Shown: positions 28,894 to 38,583, counted from the first letter of the stretch. The stretch is DNA of 41,778 bases from a virus (IMGVR_UViG_3300016484_000878:1-41778), one strand, 5' to 3'. Numbers and translations are program-made. The notes: generated by a model from the letters alone, not told the origin.

Positions 28894-29027
28894 AAGACGC
28901 GCAGATGATCCTCGGCCTGTGCCGCCAATTCCACTGCCTACCGTCGGCGGTGCTGGCCGAGGACGCGAGCCTGTTACGCCTGCTGTTGATCGAGGACATG
29001 GGCACCCCGAACACCAAGGAAGAGTGA
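28486..29027 (+). CDS. Tail assembly chaperone frameshift product (G-T-like)
   Basis: A -1 shift at 28812..28818 extends the protein with ...RLELWKHVPGG...LIEDMGTPNTKEE. The product ends 5 nt before the tape-measure GTG. Confidence 0.65.
28812..28818 (+). promoter_or_regulatory. -1 programmed frameshift slippery heptamer G_GGA_AAA
   Basis: GGGAAAA is in the X_XXY_YYZ register of the chaperone frame. The -1 frame is open from 28809 to 29027. Confidence 0.7.
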
Positions 29028-29031
29028 GAAC

Positions 29032-31263
29032 GTGGGCGACAACGAAATCGAGATCATCGTTGACGTCGACGATCGCGCCTCTGACAAATTCAACGGCATT
29101 GGCAAGAGCGCCGGCAAGGTGATGGACGTCGTCACGTCCGCGCTCGCTAGCGCGGCCACGGCTGCCACCGACTTCGGGGCGAAGATGGCCACCACGGCGG
29201 CCAGCACCGCGGCCATGGGGGCCGGAACGACGGTGGCTACCGGCGGGATGAACCTGCTCATCGGTGCCCTGCTGGCCGCCGCAGCCGCCGCGGCAGCCAT
29301 GGTGACCGCGCTCTTCACGCTGGCCCCCGCGCTCTCCCTCGTGGGGGGTCTGGCCGCTGGTGCCGTCGGTGCGCTCATCGGTGTGGGCGTGGCGGCCGCC
29401 ACACTCGGCGTGGGCCTCGGGGGTGTGACAGACGCGTGGAATGCCTACGGGAAGAGCGCGGGCGGCGGAGGTGGGGCCTCGAAGGCGGCGGGCGAGCAGG
29501 CGTATCAGGCGGCCAGGCGCATCGAGCAGGCGGAAGAGGCTGTCACCCGCGCCAAGCGAGCCGCGGTGCGCGCCAGCGAGGATGTCTCGCGAGCTCGCGC
29601 GGAGGAGCGCGAGCGGATCGAGGACCTGACACTCGCCTTGCGCGGCCAGCAGTATGCGCAGCAGGATGCCGCCGACGACCTGAAAGCGGCGGAAGAGAAG
29701 CTCGCGCGCGAGAAGGTGAACGGCAACTCGTTCAGCGTGGCTGCTGCGCAGAAGGAAGTCGATCGCGCCAAGTACCGCTACGACTATGAGACCGAACGCC
29801 TGAAAGACCTCGAAGCTGACAAGAAAGAGGCCGACAAGAACGGCGTCGAAGGCTCACGTCAGGTTCAGGACGCGCTTCAGCGTGAGCGGGATGCAGCCGA
29901 GGCCGTGACCGACGCGATGGAGTCCCTGGCCGACGCCAAGCGCAAGGTGGAGACGGCCAGCGGTGGTGCCGCTGGTGGCGTCGATCAGTTCGCAGAAGCG
30001 ATGGCGAAGCTCTCGCCGAACGCTCAGGCGTTCGTGCGCACACTGATCCGCCTGAAGGAGGAGTTCGCGGGGATCAAGCGGCAGGTCCAGGATCGCCTGT
30101 TCGCCGGCCTCGACAAGTCGCTGGAACAGCTCGCCTCGAACTGGGGGCCGAAACTCGTCCCGATCCTCGGCGGAATGGCGGACGCCATTAATGGTGTCGC
30201 CAAGAATATGATGGAGGCTTTTGGGCGCCCTGAATTCATCGACAACATCGCGAAGACGAGTAAGCACTTCGAGCGCTTTCTCGGGTTCCTTGGTGACGCC
30301 GTCATCGATATCGTGGATGCGTTCGCGCGGATCGGTGCGGCGTCAGGTCCTGTGCTCGATGCGCTCGGCGGGATCATTGCTGACATCGCAGACAGTTTCG
30401 CGGACTGGATCGAAGAGGCGGAGAAGACCGGCGATCTCGAATCGTTCATGGAGACTGCCGCTCACTATCTGAACGAGATCTACGACATCGGCAAACTGGC
30501 CTTCGGAATCATGGGCGAGATCATCGAGATCTTGTTCCCGACATCCGACAGCGCGGGAAAGGGCCTGCTGGCCGGAATCAAGGCGTCGCTGCAAGACGTG
30601 AAGGACTGGCTGGCTGACCCAAAGAACAAGAAGCAGATCGAAGACTGGATGAACAGCTTCGACGACTTCTTCACGAAGCTGACCGAGGAGTGGATCCCCG
30701 ACCTTCAGGAGTTCGGGCGCAACGTCGGCGCAATCGTCAGGCCGATCAATAACGTGATTTCTGGATTCCGCCGCGTTAAGAAGTGGCTCGATGATGATCT
30801 ACCGCACGCGTTCGGGAAGCTTGCGCGCAAGGGTTACAACATCTTCGATGGCGTGCGTGAGGGTTTCCGTCGCGCGATGAACTGGATCATCTCGAAGTGG
30901 AACAGTCTCAGCTTCACGATCCCGTCGATCAGCATCTTCGGTCAGACAGTCGGCGGAAACAGCTTCAGTGTCCCGCAGATCGACTACTTCGCCTCTGGCG
31001 GCATTGCACGCAATGACCGTGCCACCGTCATGAACGAGCGCGGCGCCGAGGCGGTGCGCCTGCCGACGGGCTCGATGGTCTACTCGGCCGGCGACTCGGC
31101 CAGGATGGCTGCCGCCAGCGGCAGCGGGAAGCTCGACCTGAACGTCAAGATCGACCGGACCACGGAGCGTGGCCTGGTGGATGCGCTGTTCGGTATGCTG
31201 CGGTTCGAGATCGATCAGCGCTTCGGAGGCGACGTGCAGCTTGCCCTAGGCAGTAACCGATGA
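29032..31263 (+). CDS. Tape measure protein
   Basis: 743 aa with an Ala/Gly-rich hydrophobic N-region, long coiled-coil segments, and a position after the chaperones. Confidence 0.88.
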   Translation: MGDNEIEIIVDVDDRASDKFNGIGKSAGKVMDVVTSALASAATAATDFGAKMATTAASTAAMGAGTTVATGGMNLLIGALLAAAAAAAAMVTALFTLAPALSLVGGLAAGAVGALIGVGVAAATLGVGLGGVTDAWNAYGKSAGGGGGASKAAGEQAYQAARRIEQAEEAVTRAKRAAVRASEDVSRARAEERERIEDLTLALRGQQYAQQDAADDLKAAEEKLAREKVNGNSFSVAAAQKEVDRAKYRYDYETERLKDLEADKKEADKNGVEGSRQVQDALQRERDAAEAVTDAMESLADAKRKVETASGGAAGGVDQFAEAMAKLSPNAQAFVRTLIRLKEEFAGIKRQVQDRLFAGLDKSLEQLASNWGPKLVPILGGMADAINGVAKNMMEAFGRPEFIDNIAKTSKHFERFLGFLGDAVIDIVDAFARIGAASGPVLDALGGIIADIADSFADWIEEAEKTGDLESFMETAAHYLNEIYDIGKLAFGIMGEIIEILFPTSDSAGKGLLAGIKASLQDVKDWLADPKNKKQIEDWMNSFDDFFTKLTEEWIPDLQEFGRNVGAIVRPINNVISGFRRVKKWLDDDLPHAFGKLARKGYNIFDGVREGFRRAMNWIISKWNSLSFTIPSISIFGQTVGGNSFSVPQIDYFASGGIARNDRATVMNERGAEAVRLPTGSMVYSAGDSARMAAASGSGKLDLNVKIDRTTERGLVDALFGMLRFEIDQRFGGDVQLALGSNR

Positions 31264-34200
31264 CGTCGCACGATCCCGAGGACATCGTCACCGAGTTCTA
31301 CATCGACGGGGCGTGGACATCCACGTACGGCGGCGAGAACCTGGCCGCGCGCGTGCGTGGCAATGACGCCATCCGCCTCACGTCGGGCGGCGCGGACCAG
31401 TTCTCGTCGATCACCTCGCGCACGTCGTCGTACACGCTGAACAACGGTGACAACCTGTTCACCGACGACGATCCAATGTCTCCCCTGTTCCGCAAGTTCG
31501 GCCAGAGCACGAGGGTGCGGCACTCGATTCTCCATCCGACGCGTGGCCAGGATCTGTACGCAAAGGTCATGGATCAGCCGGAAGAGCCGAACGGGACGCG
31601 CATCTACACGGCTGACAAGGCGTCGCTCGACATCACCGGCGACATTGACGTCCGCTGGGAGATGGACGTCATGAGCACGCGCAATCTCGATCAGTTCATC
31701 ATCGGCAAGTTCCAATTGTCGACGCAGATGTCATGGCTGATCTACATCACCGACACCGGGCGTATCGTGTTCGTCCACACGACGGGCGGGACCTCAGGCA
31801 CGCTCCTGGCCGAGTTCTCCGACCCGGGGACCATTCCCGAGGTGGAGACGCGCAAGGCGTATCGCGTCACCCTCGACGTGAACAACGGCGCGGCGGGGCG
31901 CACGTATACGTGGTACACGAGTGACTCGATCGACGGTACATGGACTCAGGTCGACACCGCTATCGTCGCGGGTACGACGTCGATCTACTCGGGTACGGCA
32001 AGCCTGGCGATCAGTGCGGGCGGGAACGGAGACATCGTCCTCGGGAGCGTCTCCCCCTTCCGTGGCAAGATCTACGGTGCTCAGGTGTACAGCGGGATCG
32101 CCGGCACGCTGGTGGCCGACTTCCGGCCGAACATGCATGCCTCGATCGGCCAGACGACATGGGCGGACACGTGCGCTTCTCCGAACACGTGGATCATCGA
32201 GAACGCCGGACAGGACGACGGGCTCCCCGCCATTCGTATCGGATCCGATCGGATCCGCTTCACCGGCGAGAATCAGACCCGGCCGGACGACTGGGATCTG
32301 TCGGGCGTGGACCGCTGGTGCGCGATGACGGCTCAAGGCACGCTGGCGCGCTACCAGTCCACGCGTGCAGCCCTGAAGAGTGCGACGACGCGCTATTTTA
32401 GTCAATTGCCCAACGTCGGGCACTGGCCGTGCGAAGACGGACGCGACGCCACATCCATCGGCAACACCCTCGACGGCGGCAACCCTGGCGTCATCAACGA
32501 TTGTTCGTTCACGTCGGCAGACGGCTTCAGTGGTTCATCGGGTGCTGTTCAGCTGAACACAGTCCCTGGCTCGACGGTGATCACGAAGGCGATCACGCAT
32601 GCAGCCACGGGCGCATGGTCGGTGCTGTTCTACTTCCACGTCGATGAACTGCCTGCTTCGACGTCGGTACTGTGCAACATCTATCCGCGTTCGTCGTCCA
32701 TCCATCGCTGGGTGGTCAACGTCAACCTGACCGGATTCGATTTCCAGGGTCTGAATAGTGCAGGCACGTCGGTGACGTCGGCGGGCGTGGCGTTCGGCAG
32801 CGGCGTAGACCCCGTCAGCGGGTGGGTTGCCGTCTACATGGCGTTCGAGCAGGTGGGCACGTCACTGCGCTGGCAGACGGCGTGGCATCAGGTCGGCTCG
32901 ACCACCACCTACACGCACGCCTTCGGGGGCACTACGGTGGCATCGAGCACCGCGGGCACCATCGAGCGCATTCACTTCATCCCCACGGCTGCGTCCCTGG
33001 CCGACGTGCAGTTCTCGCAGATCAATCTGTGGAATTACGAGTATCAGATCACCAGCGCGTTCGCCGAGATCTCCCGCGGCTACGCCGGCGAGCGCTGGGG
33101 CCGGCGCTGGATTCGCCTCCTGCGGGAGGAAGGCATCACCCCGGAGTGGGTGGGCAATCCCGACCTGACGGAGGAGTGCGGTCCGCAGCCCGCCACCACG
33201 CTCTACGACATCATGGCTGAGGGTGCCAAGCTCGACGGCGGGATGGTCACCGAGAGCAGAGATGTCCCGCTCGCGTGGCTGTACGTCAGCGGAGCCTCAC
33301 TCGGCAACCGTAAACGCCTCGACCTGAGCTACTCGGGCAGCGAAATCAAAGACGTGCCTCGTCCGACGGGCGACGGACGCTACACCGTCAACGACTTCAC
33401 CGCCGCGCGCGACAACGGCAGTGAGGCGCGCTACGAAGCCACCGACGTCAGGCGCAAGAACGTCCGCGAACCTGACGACCCCGTTTCGCCGGGGGTCGGC
33501 CGAGTAGAGCGGAGCGAGTCATTCAACGCCTATCTCGACGAGCGCATGTGGTACATCGCCTCGTTCCGTGTGCACCTCGGTACGTGGGACGAGCGCATCA
33601 TCCCGACGATGCGTATCTACAATCACCGCAATCAGATCAGCGGCCAGCCTGCACTGCTGGCCGACATCTTCGCTCAGGACATCGGAGATCCGATCGGCAT
33701 CGTCGACGTGGCAGGATCGCCTATGCCACCCAACGACGTGCGTTCGGTGGTCACCGGTTATACGGAGACGATCGACAACCTCACTCACGAGATCGCGTTC
33801 AACACCGTCCCGCAAGGCCCATACGACACGCCGATCCTGACGTCGTCCCTGGCCGACTATGATCCCCGCCTCGACGCCGATGACGACGAGACGCAGATTC
33901 ACGGCGCACTCACGACGACGGCCACCTCCGTCACGTGGAGCACCGACACCTCGGGGCGAGTCCCGTTCTGGGTGTGGGATGCGGGTTACGGGACTGACAT
34001 TGGTGGCGGGAACACGTTCGACATCGACATCGGCGGGGAACGCATCACCGTCTCGTCGATCACCGCCCCGACATCGAGCGCGGCGGTGATTCTCGGGACG
34101 TTCGAGGCCACGGGCTCGGCTAGCGAGTGGACGGCAAGTGGCGGGAGCTGGGCGCGCTCGACGACGTTCGCGTTCGCCGGCACGTGGTCCGCCCTGCTCA

Positions 34201-34646
34201 CCGTGAGCGGCTCACCGGCGAACGCTTTCATTCGCCCTGACGTCGCCTACCGCGCGCCCGTGCGCGAGGGGTACACCTATACCGCGGCCGCTCAGTGTCG
34301 GACGGGAAGCACGCTCAACGTCGGTATGCTGATCACCTGGTTCGATGCCGCGGGCGGGGCGATCAGCACGGTCACGAACAACACCTCGCTGGCGAGCGGT
34401 GCGTGGGCGGCCAGGTCCATCACCGCGGTGGCGCCGGCTGGTGCCGTGGCCGCTCAGTACGGGCCGCTGCTGACGGGCTCACCGGCGAACGGGAGCCTGC
34501 TGTACGCCGACGAGGTCACGTTCACGTCCACGGGGCTGAACTTCCAGACGGCCACTCTGACGCGTAGCGTCAACAGCATCGTCAAGGCGCACACCACGGG
34601 CTCGATCGTCCGCCTGTTCGACCCCTCGTACCTCGGGAGAATCTGA
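31260..34646 (+). CDS. Large minor tail protein (distal-tail/tip fusion with lectin-like and CBM-like domains)
   Basis: 1128 aa with an ATGA overlap to the tape-measure gene. The C-terminus resembles a carbohydrate-binding jelly-roll (GTWSALLTVSG...YADEVTFT). Confidence 0.75.
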   Translation: MTSHDPEDIVTEFYIDGAWTSTYGGENLAARVRGNDAIRLTSGGADQFSSITSRTSSYTLNNGDNLFTDDDPMSPLFRKFGQSTRVRHSILHPTRGQDLYAKVMDQPEEPNGTRIYTADKASLDITGDIDVRWEMDVMSTRNLDQFIIGKFQLSTQMSWLIYITDTGRIVFVHTTGGTSGTLLAEFSDPGTIPEVETRKAYRVTLDVNNGAAGRTYTWYTSDSIDGTWTQVDTAIVAGTTSIYSGTASLAISAGGNGDIVLGSVSPFRGKIYGAQVYSGIAGTLVADFRPNMHASIGQTTWADTCASPNTWIIENAGQDDGLPAIRIGSDRIRFTGENQTRPDDWDLSGVDRWCAMTAQGTLARYQSTRAALKSATTRYFSQLPNVGHWPCEDGRDATSIGNTLDGGNPGVINDCSFTSADGFSGSSGAVQLNTVPGSTVITKAITHAATGAWSVLFYFHVDELPASTSVLCNIYPRSSSIHRWVVNVNLTGFDFQGLNSAGTSVTSAGVAFGSGVDPVSGWVAVYMAFEQVGTSLRWQTAWHQVGSTTTYTHAFGGTTVASSTAGTIERIHFIPTAASLADVQFSQINLWNYEYQITSAFAEISRGYAGERWGRRWIRLLREEGITPEWVGNPDLTEECGPQPATTLYDIMAEGAKLDGGMVTESRDVPLAWLYVSGASLGNRKRLDLSYSGSEIKDVPRPTGDGRYTVNDFTAARDNGSEARYEATDVRRKNVREPDDPVSPGVGRVERSESFNAYLDERMWYIASFRVHLGTWDERIIPTMRIYNHRNQISGQPALLADIFAQDIGDPIGIVDVAGSPMPPNDVRSVVTGYTETIDNLTHEIAFNTVPQGPYDTPILTSSLADYDPRLDADDDETQIHGALTTTATSVTWSTDTSGRVPFWVWDAGYGTDIGGGNTFDIDIGGERITVSSITAPTSSAAVILGTFEATGSASEWTASGGSWARSTTFAFAGTWSALLTVSGSPANAFIRPDVAYRAPVREGYTYTAAAQCRTGSTLNVGMLITWFDAAGGAISTVTNNTSLASGAWAARSITAVAPAGAVAAQYGPLLTGSPANGSLLYADEVTFTSTGLNFQTATLTRSVNSIVKAHTTGSIVRLFDPSYLGRI

Positions 34647-34648
34647 GC

Positions 34649-35113
34649 ATGCCCACCTACGCAGTCGGCCAGCGCCTGACCGCCGCACTCCTGCAAGAAC
34701 TGGCCGACCTGATCGAGGACTCGACAGTCAGCGCGTCCGTCACTTCCGACTCGGCCGGCTTCACCACCACCGAGGTCACCGTCATCACGCTGGTTGCCTA
34801 CTTGACGGCAGGCAACACCTATCAGCTGTCGTCGTACGGGCGCATCTCGTCAGGGACCGCGGCGGATGTCATCGGGACGCGTATCAGGCTGACCAATACG
34901 GCTGGAACCGAGATTCAGGCGGGACAGGTCAGCGCCGCAACGACGTCGTCTACAGGATTCAGCAACTCGTTGAATGCCGAATACACGGCCTCCGTGACGG
35001 GCAATCAGACCTTCGTCCTAACTGCTCAGCGCACTGCGGGCGGCGGCACCTGTGTCTTCCGCGCGGCATCGACGGCACCGGGGTGGCTCACCTGTCGACT
35101 GAAGAGTGGATAG
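34649..35113 (+). CDS. Minor tail / receptor-binding candidate
   Basis: 154 aa, Thr/Ser/Ala-rich beta protein. It is the last virion gene before the lysis genes. Confidence 0.65.
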   Translation: MPTYAVGQRLTAALLQELADLIEDSTVSASVTSDSAGFTTTEVTVITLVAYLTAGNTYQLSSYGRISSGTAADVIGTRIRLTNTAGTEIQAGQVSAATTSSTGFSNSLNAEYTASVTGNQTFVLTAQRTAGGGTCVFRAASTAPGWLTCRLKSG

Positions 35114-35147
35114 CTCTTCGTCACGCTGCGTGTGGTACGGTCGGGGT

Positions 35148-35987
35148 ATGGCCGCATGGACCGTCATCCCCTGCCTGCTGACGCTGCGCAGCGAGTTCAA
35201 CGCCGTCAACCCTACGCGAGACAAAGGGGCAGACGGGACGATCGGTGACAGTGCGCACACGTCGACGTCGGACCACACACCCGACGAAGACAGCGATTTC
35301 CTTCGTGATCACGATGCTGACTCGAAGAACGAGGTGCACGCACTCGACATCGACTCGTCCGGCCCCTGGCCGAGCACGGGATGGTTCAACGAGGCGATCG
35401 AGGGTATCCGTGAGCGCGAGCGTGCGCGCTGGCTCGACCCCAACGACAAGTGCCGCTTGAAGTACATCATCTGGAACAAGCGCATCGCCTCGCAGTCGAG
35501 CGACTTCGAATGGCGTGCGTACTCGGGTTCCGACCCACACACGAATCATGCGCATTTCAGTGGACGTTATGAAACCGTCTGCGAGAACGACACGAGCCCT
35601 TGGGGAGTGGATGACATGGCGCTCAGCGCTGATGACAAAACGTGGATCGCGAACACGATCAAGACCACAGTGGCCGCGGCCGTCGATGACTTCCTGACGG
35701 TGAAGACCGGCGACAAGACTTACCCAGGGCGGACCGTCGCCCAGTTCATCACCGACCTTCACGGACTGCGCGACTACCTGAAGGGCGACGCCGCGGGCAC
35801 CGTGAATTCAGGGATCACGCAGACCTCACCCGTGCGCGTCGGCATTGACGCCGCCGTCTTCGCCGCTCAGTCCGCCGATCGCATCGAGCGCGCGCTCGCT
35901 GCCATGGCCGCCAAGCCCGTGATCACGAAGGAAGTCGTCCGCGCGGCGATGCTCGACATCATCGACGGCGTCGCCTCGGGCGAGTGA
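35148..35987 (+). CDS. Endolysin (zinc peptidase, LAS/M15-like motifs)
   Basis: GDSAHTSTSDHTPD ... VHALDID ... HTNHAHFS. The start is at ATG 35148 after GGTCGGGG. The C-terminal half has unknown function. Confidence 0.65.
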   Translation: MAAWTVIPCLLTLRSEFNAVNPTRDKGADGTIGDSAHTSTSDHTPDEDSDFLRDHDADSKNEVHALDIDSSGPWPSTGWFNEAIEGIRERERARWLDPNDKCRLKYIIWNKRIASQSSDFEWRAYSGSDPHTNHAHFSGRYETVCENDTSPWGVDDMALSADDKTWIANTIKTTVAAAVDDFLTVKTGDKTYPGRTVAQFITDLHGLRDYLKGDAAGTVNSGITQTSPVRVGIDAAVFAAQSADRIERALAAMAAKPVITKEVVRAAMLDIIDGVASGE

Positions 35988-36328
35988 TCGTGACTACTCC
36001 CCATCAACCGGACAGTACGGGTAGCATGCTCGCTGAGATTCACAGGATGCTCGGAGATCTCTCGGCGAAGATCGGAACCGTCTTGTCCGATATGGCCTAC
36101 ATCAAAGAGGACGTCAGCGAACACAAGCGGGAGATCCGCACGCTGAACGGCCTCCCCGGGGAGCTTGCCGCGCTCAAAGACGAGTTCCGCACCTTCAAGG
36201 CCGACGCAGAAGCGCGGATGCGTGCCATGGAGCGCGACAAGATGCCGAAGGCCACCCTTACGCTCATCGTCACGATGGTGCTCGGCTTCATCGGACTGCT
36301 GACCTATCTGGGAGTGACTGTCAAATGA
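35984..36328 (+). CDS. Lysis-cassette membrane protein (coiled coil + C-terminal TM)
   Basis: 114 aa with TM segment ATLTLIVTMVLGFIGLLTYLGV. GTGA-coupled to the endolysin gene. Confidence 0.7.
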   Translation: MIVTTPHQPDSTGSMLAEIHRMLGDLSAKIGTVLSDMAYIKEDVSEHKREIRTLNGLPGELAALKDEFRTFKADAEARMRAMERDKMPKATLTLIVTMVLGFIGLLTYLGVTVK

Positions 36329-36594
36329 ACGCCAAGGCTACCGAGTTCAAGGTGAAAATCGCTTCGTTCGCGTCGTTCGCCGGCTCTCTGGCCGCCTCCG
36401 TCGTGCTGGAACAGTGGGCGCCCAAGGCGGTCGAGCGTCTTCCGCTCGGCGTTCAGGCCCTGGCCGGCGCTGCGATCGTGGCGGCTGCGGCATGGTTCGC
36501 CGGCCGGGCCGCGCGGTCCCGCCCCGACTCGATCAGCGAGAGCACCCTCGAAGCCGTACGCGTGCGCGCTGCCCGACTCCAGCGTGGTGAGTAG
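36325..36594 (+). CDS. Holin candidate (2 TM helices)
   Basis: 89 aa with hydrophobic segments IASFASFAGSLAASVVL and ALAGAAIVAAAAWFAG and a charged C-terminal tail. Confidence 0.6.
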   Translation: MNAKATEFKVKIASFASFAGSLAASVVLEQWAPKAVERLPLGVQALAGAAIVAAAAWFAGRAARSRPDSISESTLEAVRVRAARLQRGE

Positions 36595-36609
36595 CTCGCC
36601 TTCGAAGCT

Positions 36610-36663
36610 CTCAGCCCCACCCGCTCTTCCCCCTGTTGAGCGCGGGTGGGGCTGAGTCATTTT
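36610..36663. terminator. Bidirectional terminator at the convergence of the two arms
   Basis: 15-bp stem ctcagccccacccgc / gcgggtggggctgag followed by TCATTTT. It sits between the plus-arm end (36594) and the minus-arm end (36667). Confidence 0.8.
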
Positions 36664-36666
36664 CGA

Positions 36667-36846
36667 TCACCGATCAAAGAACATGGAGCGTGCGCGCTCC
36701 AGCAGTGCACCGCCGAAGGCGATTCCCGCCACCTCCTGCCAGCATCGCTCGATACTCGGGAAGTCGCATTTCAGCGTGTAGACACCGACACCGATGAGTA
36801 GCAATCCGACGATCAGCACGAACATCGCCCACCTTCGCCCGGTCAT
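36667..36846 (-). CDS. Small membrane protein (59 aa)
   Basis: MTGRRWAMFVLIVGLLLIGVGVYTL.... ATGA overlap with the upstream gene. One residue below the ORF-track length cut-off. Confidence 0.6.
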   Translation of the reverse strand: MTGRRWAMFVLIVGLLLIGVGVYTLKCDFPSIERCWQEVAGIAFGGALLERARSMFFDR

Positions 36847-37565
36847 CTTGACGCCAGTTCCCGGGCGTGGGCGCGCATGTCGTCGATGATGTCCTGCCGA
36901 AGGCCGTGGTTGGCCAGCTCGACGTTGGGGTTTTCGTTCAGCTTGCGCATCGCAGCAGCGTACTTGCGTGCCGTACTAACCCCCATGCCGGCCAGGGTGG
37001 CCGCCTCGTTCACGCTGTCACCGCGGCGAAGGGCGGCTACGGCCACGTGTACCGACGAGTCGTTACGAGATCTGCGCTGGCGCTGAGTGGGGGCAGTGTC
37101 GGGCGCGTGGACCCCTTCCGCCTCCTCCCCCTCTTTCGCCTCCGCCTGCCCCTGCTGGCCGACCTCGCGCTGGCGGGTGACGAGGATGGCCAGCGTGCAG
37201 CCGATCATCAGGCCGTCGATGGCGATCGGGCCGACGATCGGGACGATGCCCGTCTCACCCATGGCGATCAGCAGCGAATACTGATGGGCGTAACTGACGA
37301 TGATCGCCGGAATGCCGGGGATTAGGATGAGCGCCCGCGTGAGGTAGTGCGAGAAACGCCGCTCCCACAGCATGCGGATCAAGATCTCGATCGCGCGGAA
37401 CGCGAGGATCGGCCAGACCGCGGCGCCGGGCACGCGAAGCCAGAGCGAGATCTCGCTCGTGGCGAGGGTGGTCTCGGTGATGTTCGCGATGATGCTGATC
37501 AGCAGCGTGAAGATCAGCGTATTACGCACGTAGTTTCGGGCATTCGCGCCCTCGAAAGCGTCCAT
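36843..37565 (-). CDS. Membrane-anchored HTH protein (4 TM N-domain, DUF2637-like, plus C-terminal HTH)
   Basis: Four hydrophobic helices in residues 1-130, then an acidic/Gln linker, then the HTH SVNEAATLAGMGVSTARKYAAAMRKL. Confidence 0.7.
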   Translation of the reverse strand: MDAFEGANARNYVRNTLIFTLLISIIANITETTLATSEISLWLRVPGAAVWPILAFRAIEILIRMLWERRFSHYLTRALILIPGIPAIIVSYAHQYSLLIAMGETGIVPIVGPIAIDGLMIGCTLAILVTRQREVGQQGQAEAKEGEEAEGVHAPDTAPTQRQRRSRNDSSVHVAVAALRRGDSVNEAATLAGMGVSTARKYAAAMRKLNENPNVELANHGLRQDIIDDMRAHARELASR

Positions 37566-37594
37566 GGTTTGAGTTCGCCCCTCAAAAAGTCGAT

Positions 37595-37630
37595 GGCGTT
37601 GAGCGAGGATCCCGTCTCTCGCTCAACGCC
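37595..37630 (-). terminator. 13-bp perfect hairpin between promoter and gene start (terminator or attenuator candidate)
   Basis: ggcgttgagcgag-10 nt-ctcgctcaacgcc. On the minus strand it is followed by atcgacTTTTT. Confidence 0.5.
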
Positions 37631-37633
37631 ATC

Positions 37634-37663
37634 AGTCTAATTCATCGACGCTTGATTCGTCAA
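37634..37663 (-). promoter_or_regulatory. Sigma-70-like promoter (TTGACG-18-TAGACT)
   Basis: On the minus strand the -35 is at 37658..37663 and the -10 at 37634..37639, upstream of gene 36843..37565. Confidence 0.5.
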
Positions 37664-37683
37664 GCGTGGATTACTCGCTTCGC

Positions 37684-37872
37684 CTAGTCCCGCTCGCCGC
37701 GGCGCCGGCGTCCGACGTACCCGCCAGGGCGGCCATCCTCATCGAGGCTGGGGAGGGGCTTGTCGCCCTTCTTCGCCTTGCCCCTGTCGTCGGTGGAGAT
37801 GCCGTGCCCGCGGGCCGGCGGGCCGACGCTCTTGCCGTTCAGGACGTCGGCCAGGTTCTCCGCACGGCTCAC
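37684..37872 (-). CDS. Small Gly/Arg-rich protein
   Basis: 62 aa with a GTGA-coupled start. Confidence 0.55.
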   Translation of the reverse strand: MSRAENLADVLNGKSVGPPARGHGISTDDRGKAKKGDKPLPSLDEDGRPGGYVGRRRRGERD

Positions 37873-38057
37873 GACGCGCCCCCGTTGCGCCGACGCTCGG
37901 CGCCCGCCCCGAGCCCGCGGCCGCCCCCGTGGCGGATGGACTCGATGTCGGGCATCTCCTCGATGCTCTCGATCCGCTTGCTCGTCAGCGCTTCCCGCGG
38001 GATGTCACTGTCCTTGTCGCGGATGCGATCGCTGATCTTCCCGCCGAGCTTCATCAT
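37869..38057 (-). CDS. Small hypothetical protein
   Basis: ATG 38057 in a TAATG overlap with the upstream stop; 62 aa. Confidence 0.55.
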   Translation of the reverse strand: MMKLGGKISDRIRDKDSDIPREALTSKRIESIEEMPDIESIRHGGGRGLGAGAERRRNGGAS

Positions 38058-38341
38058 TACCACTTCCCCGACTTCACGTTATTGCGGAGGGTGAACTCCG
38101 CCATGATCGCGATGCCGACGCAAACGATGACGCTGAAGAAGTCGAGTGCGATCAACATCCCGTCGGCGCCACGAACGAAGTCTGCGAACAGATCGAGGCT
38201 GGCGACAATCAGCGCGACGATGATGATCTTGATCGCCCGCTCCTGTCGCTTCAGGTTCGGCCGAATCATCGCGTGCCAGCAGTACGCGAACGTCAGTGGG
38301 ATGTAGATCCAGTCGAGGATCACGCTCGCCAAGGTCATCAT
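38057..38341 (-). CDS. Membrane protein (start 38341 or 38365)
   Basis: Three hydrophobic segments (LASVILDWIYIPLTFAYCW, IKIIIVALIVASLDLF, ALDFFSVIVCVGIAIMAEF). Confidence 0.65.
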   Translation of the reverse strand: MMTLASVILDWIYIPLTFAYCWHAMIRPNLKRQERAIKIIIVALIVASLDLFADFVRGADGMLIALDFFSVIVCVGIAIMAEFTLRNNVKSGKW

Positions 38342-38346
38342 GCTGT

Positions 38347-38463
38347 TCACAGACTGACCGCCCACATCGCCGTGCCGACCAGGACCACCCAGCCGACGGC
38401 GCCGGCGAGAACGCCGACCGCGATGCCCGCCGCCGTGTTGAATCTGCGCGTGTTCGTCTCCAC
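38347..38463 (-). CDS. 38-aa single-TM peptide
   Basis: GTG 38463 follows SD GAGCGAGGGGCGAAGC. The peptide is VETNTRRFNTAAGIAVGVLAGAVGWVVLVGTAMWAVSL. Confidence 0.5.
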   Translation of the reverse strand: METNTRRFNTAAGIAVGVLAGAVGWVVLVGTAMWAVSL

Positions 38464-38583
38464 GCTTCGCCCCTCGCTCACTCTTGAATTCTCACTTCTC
38501 GCTCTTGCGATGACTCAAGTCTGCATGATCGAAGCCATCGTGTCAACTGCAAACGTGTCACCTAATTTAGTGCGCACTGATTC

